Of a DNA stretch of 32,000 nucleotides, positions 25,324 through 32,000 are shown one piece after another. The stretch is taken from assembly GCF_005080705.1 (NCBI RefSeq), contig NZ_CP032996.1, positions 1 to 32,000 of the forward strand. Reading direction: 5' to 3'. The notes beneath the pieces are model-generated. The model worked only from the letters and a program-made list of their open reading frames with translations. It was not told where the DNA came from and ran no database searches. Source of the stretch: Buchnera aphidicola (Therioaphis trifolii). Its GTDB lineage: Bacteria; Pseudomonadota; Gammaproteobacteria; Enterobacterales; Enterobacteriaceae. Within the stretch, counting starts at the first letter, position 1, and every line of letters starts with the position of its first letter. The position numbers and the translations under genes were made by a program.

Positions 25324-26907
25324 TTAATGTTTAAAAATGCGATTTTTTGTAAATATCATACAAATATTATATTCATCTGCTGCTTTTATAACTTCTTTAT
25401 CTCTAATTGATCCACCTGGTTGAATAATACAAGATATATTATGATTGTTTTTTATACATTCATCAATACTATCTCTAAATGGAAAAAATGCATCAGAAGC
25501 CATAATTATATCTTGATTTTTTAATTTTAATTTCTTTTTATTATTTTTATATTTTAAATTAGCTATTTTTACTGATTCTACTCGATTTGTTTGTCCTGAT
25601 CCAATACTAATAATATTAAATTTATTACTGTATACAATAGCATTTGATTTAACAAATTTTGCAATTTTCCAGCAAAATAACGAATATTGAATTTCTAATT
25701 CTGTAGGTTTTTTTTTAGTAACTACTTCCCAATTTTTAAATTGATCATTTTGTAAATTTTTTTCTTGTACTAATAAATAATGGTTAACATTTTTAAATTC
25801 TATTTTAGAATAATTATTATTATAATTTTTACAAATTATTAATTTAATTTTATTATTTGTTTTTATATAATTTAATGCTTCTTTTGTAATTTTAGGTCCA
25901 ATAATTAATTCTACAAATTGTTTTTTTATAATTTTTATTATTAATTTTTCAGTAATAATTTTATTAAATCCAATAATTCCTCCAAATGCTGAAATAGAAT
26001 CACTATTATATGCATTTAAATACGCAGATACTAAATCATTGGAACTAGACGCACCACATGGATTACCATGTTTTATAATAACACATGATGGATTAGAAAA
26101 TTGATTTACACATTCATAAGCTATATGAGAATCATAAAAGTTATTATACGATAATTTTTTACCATTAAGTTGTTCAAAAGAATTAATAAATTTATCATTT
26201 TTATTTTCTTTAACATATAATGCTGCTTTTTGATTTGGATTTTCTCCATATTTTAAATTTTGTTTTTTATAATATTTGATATAAATTTTATTTGGTAATT
26301 TAGAATTTATATTTTTTTTATTATAAATTTTTTTATTAAAATATTTAAAAATTAAATAATCATAATTAGAGGTATATTCAAAAGCTTTTTTTGCTAATTT
26401 TAATCGTGTTTCAATACTAACTCCTTTAGTATTATTTATTTCAAGTAAAATTTTATCATAATCTAATACATCAACTAATATAATTGTATTTTTATAATTT
26501 TTAGCAGCTGCTCTAACTAATGCAGGACCTCCAATATCAATATTTTTTTTAATATTTATATTTTTTTCAGAAGTATTAAATGGATAAAAATTAACTACTA
26601 CTAAATCGATAATAGTAATATTATATTTTTTAATATATTTTAAATCATCATTACCTCTATTTCCTAAAATACCTCCAAATATTTTTGGATGTAATGTTTT
26701 AATTTTTCCATTTAAAATTTCTGGATATTCAGTTATTTTTGATATATTATTTGTTATAATATTATTATTTTTTAAAAAATTTTTAGTATTTTTTGTTGTA
26801 AATATTTTAATTTTTTTTTTTAATAATTGTTTAGTGAATGTAATTATATTTTTTTTATTAGATACACTAATTAACGCATTTTTAATAATTTGTTTTTTTA
26901 ATTCCAT
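25324..26907 (-). CDS. purH: Bifunctional AICAR transformylase / IMP cyclohydrolase PurH
   Basis: 527-aa ORF. ALISVSNKKNI, KTLHPKIFGGIL, GGPALVRAAAKN, KHGNPCG, IIQPGGSIRD, and the terminal FKH. Confidence 0.95.
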   Translation of the reverse strand: MELKKQIIKNALISVSNKKNIITFTKQLLKKKIKIFTTKNTKNFLKNNNIITNNISKITEYPEILNGKIKTLHPKIFGGILGNRGNDDLKYIKKYNITIIDLVVVNFYPFNTSEKNINIKKNIDIGGPALVRAAAKNYKNTIILVDVLDYDKILLEINNTKGVSIETRLKLAKKAFEYTSNYDYLIFKYFNKKIYNKKNINSKLPNKIYIKYYKKQNLKYGENPNQKAALYVKENKNDKFINSFEQLNGKKLSYNNFYDSHIAYECVNQFSNPSCVIIKHGNPCGASSSNDLVSAYLNAYNSDSISAFGGIIGFNKIITEKLIIKIIKKQFVELIIGPKITKEALNYIKTNNKIKLIICKNYNNNYSKIEFKNVNHYLLVQEKNLQNDQFKNWEVVTKKKPTELEIQYSLFCWKIAKFVKSNAIVYSNKFNIISIGSGQTNRVESVKIANLKYKNNKKKLKLKNQDIIMASDAFFPFRDSIDECIKNNHNISCIIQPGGSIRDKEVIKAADEYNICMIFTKNRIFKH

Positions 26908-27064
26908 TGTTATTCCAAAATATATATATTAAATATATTAAAAAATTTTAAATATTTAATTTAAAATATTTTAAATAATATTTAATTATATTATATATAT
27001 TTTTTTATTATAAGTGAGAATACTTTTTAATATAATAATACTTTATAAAGCAGGTAAATAAATA

Positions 27065-27577
27065 ATGGAAGAAATGATTGAACAAATTATATATGCATCT
27101 CGTTGGTTAATGTTTCCTGTATATATTGGTTTATCTTTTGGTTTTATATTGTTAACATTAAAGTTTTTTCAACAAGTAATTTCTATTATACCTGAAGTTT
27201 TAATTATGTCAGAATCAGGCTTAGTTTTAATTGTATTATCATTAATTGATATTTCTTTAGTAGGTGGATTATTAGTTATGGTAATGTTTTCAGGATATGA
27301 GAATTTTATTTCTAAAATGGATATTCATGATAGTACAAAACGATTAAGTTGGATGGGTACTATGGATGTAAATTCTATTAAAAATAAAGTAGCTTCTTCA
27401 ATTGTTGCTATTTCTTCTGTGCATTTATTACGATTATTTATGGAAGCAGAAAAAGTATTAGATGATAAAATTATGTGGTGTGTAATTATTCATTTAACAT
27501 TTGTTTTATCAGCTTTTGGAATGTCATATATTGATAAAATGACTAAGAAAAAAAATAACTTTGGAAAATATCATTAA
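27065..27577 (+). CDS. yqhA: UPF0114 family inner-membrane protein YqhA
   Basis: 170-aa [53 protein letters not shown] and [12 protein letters not shown] align closely with E. coli YqhA as I recall it. Multi-pass membrane profile. Confidence 0.85.
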   Translation: MEEMIEQIIYASRWLMFPVYIGLSFGFILLTLKFFQQVISIIPEVLIMSESGLVLIVLSLIDISLVGGLLVMVMFSGYENFISKMDIHDSTKRLSWMGTMDVNSIKNKVASSIVAISSVHLLRLFMEAEKVLDDKIMWCVIIHLTFVLSAFGMSYIDKMTKKKNNFGKYH

Positions 27578-27686
27578 TTTATATTTTTATATAAATATAA
27601 AAATATTTTTATAATTTTTATATTTATATAAATATTTTATAATAAAAATTTAAAAATATTATAAATATTTATAATTATTTTTGATG

Positions 27687-30600
27687 TTATTTATTTTTTT
27701 TATATTTTTTAATACGATTAATATGATAAATATACCCAGTCCCTGCTGGAATTAATCTACCAACAATAACATTTTCTTTTAATCCTCTTAAATTATCTTT
27801 TTTTCCTGATACTGCTGCTTCAGTTAATACACGAGTAGTTTCTTGAAAAGATGCTGCAGATATAAAAGATTCTGTTGCTAATGATGCCTTAGTTATTCCT
27901 AATAAATCTCTTGAAAAAGTAATTTTATTTTGTTTCATTTTTTTTAATCTTTCATTTTGAATTTTAATTCTTGAATATTCTACTTGTTCTCCATTTAAAA
28001 AATTAGAATTTCCTGGTTTAATAACTGTTACTTTTCTTAACATTTGTTTGATAATTACTTCAATATGTTTATCATTAATTTTTACACCTTGTAATCGATA
28101 TACTTCTTGTACTTCATTTACTATATATTTTGTTAAATCTTGTACACCTTTTAAACGTAAGATATCATGAGGAGATTCTAGTCCATCAGAAATTATATCT
28201 CCTTTTTTTACAACCTCTCCTTCAAAAACATTTAATTGTCTCCATTTAGGAATCATAATTTCATATATTTTTTTATTATCTTTATTAGATGTAATTGTTA
28301 ATCTTATTTTACCTTTTGTTTCTTTTCCAAAAGAAATAATTCCATCTATTTCTGCAAGAATTGCTAATTCTTTTCCATACCTTGCTTCAAATAAATCTGC
28401 TACTCTTGGTAAACCTCCTGTAATATCTTTTGTTCCTCCTGTTTCTTGAGGGATTCGCGCAATAATATCTCCTCTGTAAACTTTAGTATTATTACTAATT
28501 TGAATAATTGTTTTCCCAGGTAAAAAATATTGTGCAGGAATATCTGTTCCTGGTATAAAAATATCATTTCCATTTTTTTTTACAATTTTTATAGTTGGTC
28601 TTAATTCTTTACCTGAACCTGTTCGTTCTGGAGTATCTAGTATTACTATTGAAGATAAACCAGTTAATTCATCATGTTGTTTAACAATACTTTTTCCTTC
28701 AATCATATCTAAAAATTTTACATATCCTTTTACTTCTGTAATAATTGGTGTATTATGAGGATCCCAAGTTGCTAAAATTTCACCAATATTTACTTTTTCT
28801 CCATTTTTTTTTTCTAAAATAGCACCATATGGTATTTTATATCTTTCTTTTATTTTTTTAGATTTATTTAAAATGTTTAATTCTACTTTTTTATCAATAA
28901 TAATATTTTTTCCATAAGAATTAATTATTGTTTTTGGATTATTTAAATGAATAATTCCTTTATTTTTTACTTCTATATATGATTCTGATACTGATCTAGA
29001 TGCTGCTCCTCCAATATGAAATGTTCTCATAGTTAATTGTGTACCAGGTTCTCCAATTGATTGAGCTGCTATTACACCAATTGCTTCTCCTGTTTTTACT
29101 AATTCTCTTCTTGCTAAATCATATCCATAACAACAAGCACATACTCCAAAATTTGTTTCACAATTAACTACTGATCGTACTTCTATTTCATCAATAGAAT
29201 ATTTTTCTAATAAATCACATTTTTGTTCATCTAATAATGTATTTTTTGGAATTAATATTTTTTTTGAATTAGGATATAAAATATTTTTAACTATTACACG
29301 ACCTACAACTCTATCTCGTAATGGCTCTTTTATATCACTTCCACTAATTACAGGACTTAATATAATACCATTTTTAGTTCCACAATCATATTCTGTTATT
29401 ACTAAATCTTGTGCAACATCAACTAATCTACGTGTTAGATATCCTGAATTTGCTGTTTTTAAAGCAGTATCTGCTAATCCCTTTCTGGCTCCATGAGTTG
29501 AAATAAAATATTGTAATACATTTAACCCTTCTCTAAAGTTTGCTGTAATTGGTGTTTCAATAATAGATCCATCTGGTTTAGCCATTAAACCTCTCATCCC
29601 TGCTAATTGTCTTATCTGTGCTTCAGAACCTCTTGCTCCTGAATCAGCCATCATGAAAATATTATTAAAAGATTTTTGTTTTTTTATTCGTTTATTGTTA
29701 ATTAAACAATGTTCAATAGATAAATTGTTTATCATAGCTTTTGATACTTCTTCATTTGAATTAGACCATATATCAATAATTTTATTATATTTTTCTCCTA
29801 ATGTAACTAATCCTAATTGAAATTGTTCTTGTATTTCTTGTACTTCTTTTTTTGCTTTATTAATAATATCATCTTTTTGTTTAGGTATTATCATATCATC
29901 AATTCCTACTGAAACACCTGATAATGTAGAATATGTAAATCCAGTATACATAATTTGATCAGCAAATAATACTGTTGTTTCTAATCCTAAAGTTTTTGAA
30001 CATAAAATTAATAAATTAGAAATTGATTTTTTATTAAGAGTTTTATTTAATAAATTAAATGATAAACCTTTTGGAAAAATCTTCCATAATATCGCTCTTC
30101 CAACACTTGTATGAACTATTTTTGATACTTTTGTGAATGTATTAGTATTATTTTGAGTATATTCTATAATTTTTACATATATTAGTGCATGTAAATCTAT
30201 TAGTCCCATCTGATATATTTTTTCTACTTCATTTACATTTTTAAATAATGATCCTTCGCCTTTTGCATTATTTTTTTTTCTAGTCATATAATATAATCCT
30301 AATATTACATCCTGTGATGGAATAATAATAGGTTCACCATTAGCTGGTGAAAGAATATTTTTTGTTGACATCATTAAAGATTGTGATTCTAATTGCGATT
30401 CTCGAGTTAATGGTATATGAACAGCCATTTGATCACCATCAAAATCTGCATTATAAGCAGCACATACTAATGGATGTAATTGTATAGATTTTCCTTCTAC
30501 TAATATAGGATTAAATGCTTGTATTCCTAATCTATGTAATGTAGGTGCACGATTTAATAAAATAGGATGATTATGTATAATTTCATCTAAAATATCCCAT

Positions 30601-31835
30601 ATTATTGGTTCTCCTGATTCTACCATTCTTTTAGCAGTTTTTATAGTTGTTGCAAGTCCTTTATTTTCTAATTTTCCTAAAATAAATGGTTTAAATAATT
30701 CTAATGCCATTTTTTTTGGTAATCCACATTGATTTAATTTTAAATATGGTCCTACAGTTATTACAGAACGTCCAGAGTAATCTACTCTTTTACCTAATAA
30801 ATTTTGTCGAAATCTTCCTTGTTTACCTTTAATCATATCTGCTAATGATTTTAATGGTCTTTTATTTGAACCTAAGATTGCTTTTCCTCTACGTCCATTA
30901 TCTAATAATGCATCAACTGCTTCTTGTAACATTCTTTTTTCATTTCTAATAATAATTTCTGGAGCAAATAATTCTAATAATCTTTTTAATCTATTATTTC
31001 GATTAATTACTCTACGATATAAATCATTTAAATCTGAAGTTGCAAATCTTCCTCCATCTAATGGTACTAATGGTCGTAAATCAGGTGGTAAAATTGGTAG
31101 TACATTTAAAATCATCCATTCTGGTTTATTATCAGAAAGAATAAATGATTCTATTATTTTAATGCGTTTAGTTAATTTTTTTTTTTTGATTTCTGATTGT
31201 ACTTCTTGTAATTCATGATGTAATTTTTCATGTTCTTCAGATAAATCAATATCTTTTAATAATATTTGAATTGCCTCTGCTCCCATTTTTGCATCAAATT
31301 CATCTCCAAATTCTTCTAAAGCATTTATATATTGTTCTTCTGTTAAAATTTGTTTTTTTTCAAAATCAGTCATTCCAGATTCTAATATAATATAAGATTC
31401 AAAATATAATACTTTTTCTATATCACGTAATGGTATATCTAATAATAAACTCATTTTTGATGGTAATGATTTTAAAAACCAAATATGTGCTGTTGGTGCA
31501 GCTAATTCAACGTGTCCCATTCGTTCTCTACGTACTCGAGTTTGAGTAACTTCAACACCACATTTTTCACACATTATACCTCGATGTTTTAATCGTTTAT
31601 ATTTTCCACATAAACATTCATAATCTTTAATTGGTCCAAATATTTTAGCGCAAAATAATCCATCTCTTTCTGGTTTAAATGTTCGATAATTAATAGTTTC
31701 TGGTTTTTTAATTTCTCCAAATGACCAAGAACGAATAGTTTCTGGAGAAGCAAGTTGAATTTTAATAGAATTAAAATCTTTAATATTATTGCTATTTTTT
31801 AAAAATTTTATTACTTCTTTCACAAAAAACTCCAT
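27687..31835 (-). CDS. rpoC: DNA-directed RNA polymerase subunit beta-prime
   Basis: 1382-aa ORF. Zn-finger [23 protein letters not shown], catalytic [12 protein letters not shown], and trigger-loop and bridge-helix regions. Follows rpoB with a 24-nt spacer. Confidence 0.99.
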   Translation of the reverse strand: MEFFVKEVIKFLKNSNNIKDFNSIKIQLASPETIRSWSFGEIKKPETINYRTFKPERDGLFCAKIFGPIKDYECLCGKYKRLKHRGIMCEKCGVEVTQTRVRRERMGHVELAAPTAHIWFLKSLPSKMSLLLDIPLRDIEKVLYFESYIILESGMTDFEKKQILTEEQYINALEEFGDEFDAKMGAEAIQILLKDIDLSEEHEKLHHELQEVQSEIKKKKLTKRIKIIESFILSDNKPEWMILNVLPILPPDLRPLVPLDGGRFATSDLNDLYRRVINRNNRLKRLLELFAPEIIIRNEKRMLQEAVDALLDNGRRGKAILGSNKRPLKSLADMIKGKQGRFRQNLLGKRVDYSGRSVITVGPYLKLNQCGLPKKMALELFKPFILGKLENKGLATTIKTAKRMVESGEPIIWDILDEIIHNHPILLNRAPTLHRLGIQAFNPILVEGKSIQLHPLVCAAYNADFDGDQMAVHIPLTRESQLESQSLMMSTKNILSPANGEPIIIPSQDVILGLYYMTRKKNNAKGEGSLFKNVNEVEKIYQMGLIDLHALIYVKIIEYTQNNTNTFTKVSKIVHTSVGRAILWKIFPKGLSFNLLNKTLNKKSISNLLILCSKTLGLETTVLFADQIMYTGFTYSTLSGVSVGIDDMIIPKQKDDIINKAKKEVQEIQEQFQLGLVTLGEKYNKIIDIWSNSNEEVSKAMINNLSIEHCLINNKRIKKQKSFNNIFMMADSGARGSEAQIRQLAGMRGLMAKPDGSIIETPITANFREGLNVLQYFISTHGARKGLADTALKTANSGYLTRRLVDVAQDLVITEYDCGTKNGIILSPVISGSDIKEPLRDRVVGRVIVKNILYPNSKKILIPKNTLLDEQKCDLLEKYSIDEIEVRSVVNCETNFGVCACCYGYDLARRELVKTGEAIGVIAAQSIGEPGTQLTMRTFHIGGAASRSVSESYIEVKNKGIIHLNNPKTIINSYGKNIIIDKKVELNILNKSKKIKERYKIPYGAILEKKNGEKVNIGEILATWDPHNTPIITEVKGYVKFLDMIEGKSIVKQHDELTGLSSIVILDTPERTGSGKELRPTIKIVKKNGNDIFIPGTDIPAQYFLPGKTIIQISNNTKVYRGDIIARIPQETGGTKDITGGLPRVADLFEARYGKELAILAEIDGIISFGKETKGKIRLTITSNKDNKKIYEIMIPKWRQLNVFEGEVVKKGDIISDGLESPHDILRLKGVQDLTKYIVNEVQEVYRLQGVKINDKHIEVIIKQMLRKVTVIKPGNSNFLNGEQVEYSRIKIQNERLKKMKQNKITFSRDLLGITKASLATESFISAASFQETTRVLTEAAVSGKKDNLRGLKENVIVGRLIPAGTGYIYHINRIKKYKKNK

Positions 31836-31859
31836 TATATTAAGTATTAATTTTATTTT

Positions 31860-32000
31860 TTATTTATTATCAAGTTTAATATTAATTCCTAAAGAACGAA
31901 TTTCTCTTAATAATACATTAAATGATTCTGGCATACCAGGATTCATATGATAATTATTTTTTACTATATTTTTATATATTTTGGTTCTTCCATTAACATC
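31860..32000 (-). CDS. rpoB: DNA-directed RNA polymerase subunit beta, C-terminal 46 codons (5' part lies beyond the window edge)
   Basis: Hand translation of the reverse strand gives [46 protein letters not shown], then a stop (TAA, complement of 31860-31862). This matches the E. coli RpoB C-terminus ...GRTKMYKNIV...[28 protein letters not shown]. Not in the ORF track. Confidence 0.93.
   Translation of the reverse strand, partial: DVNGRTKIYKNIVKNNYHMNPGMPESFNVLLREIRSLGINIKLDNK

Overview
This window is extremely A+T-rich (roughly four-fifths A+T by eye, not computed), tightly packed and collinear. It reads as the origin-proximal core block of a genome-reduced gammaproteobacterial (Enterobacterales) insect endosymbiont. 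The gene order and the GroEL, AtpB and RpoC sequences look most like Buchnera aphidicola, but that assignment rests on memory, not a search. Gene order is mnmG(gidA), atpBEFHAGDC, gyrB and dnaN (reverse), rpmH, rnpA, yidC, mnmE, tRNA-Phe (reverse), groES, groEL, efp, dnaC and rsmD (reverse), ftsY, rpoH, metE, purH (reverse), yqhA, rpoC and the 3' end of rpoB (reverse). All 28 complete protein genes are intact and close to the E. coli ortholog lengths as I recall them. I see no IS elements, phage genes, CRISPR arrays, defence islands or long repeats, and no ORF of unknown family other than the conserved yqhA. I therefore do not claim a novel system here. The most consequential observation is an absence: dnaA is missing from its canonical slot between dnaN and rpmH, replaced by about 203 nt of almost pure A/T. 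dnaT is also missing upstream of an intact dnaC, which bears on how replication initiates and how the helicase is loaded. Secondary observations: a well-preserved sigma-32 promoter upstream of groESL, with rpoH retained 5 kb away; many in-frame homopolymer tracts of 10-13 nt inside essential genes; two G/C-clamped hairpin terminators versus all-A/T palindromes in other convergent spacers; a 12-nt direct repeat upstream of mnmG, where enterobacterial oriC lies; and a series of clean gene losses (recF, rsmG/atpI, yidD, ftsEX, metR, purD). The ORF track missed rpmH, the tRNA and the rpoB fragment. Five of its short ORFs are antisense or overlapping artefacts.
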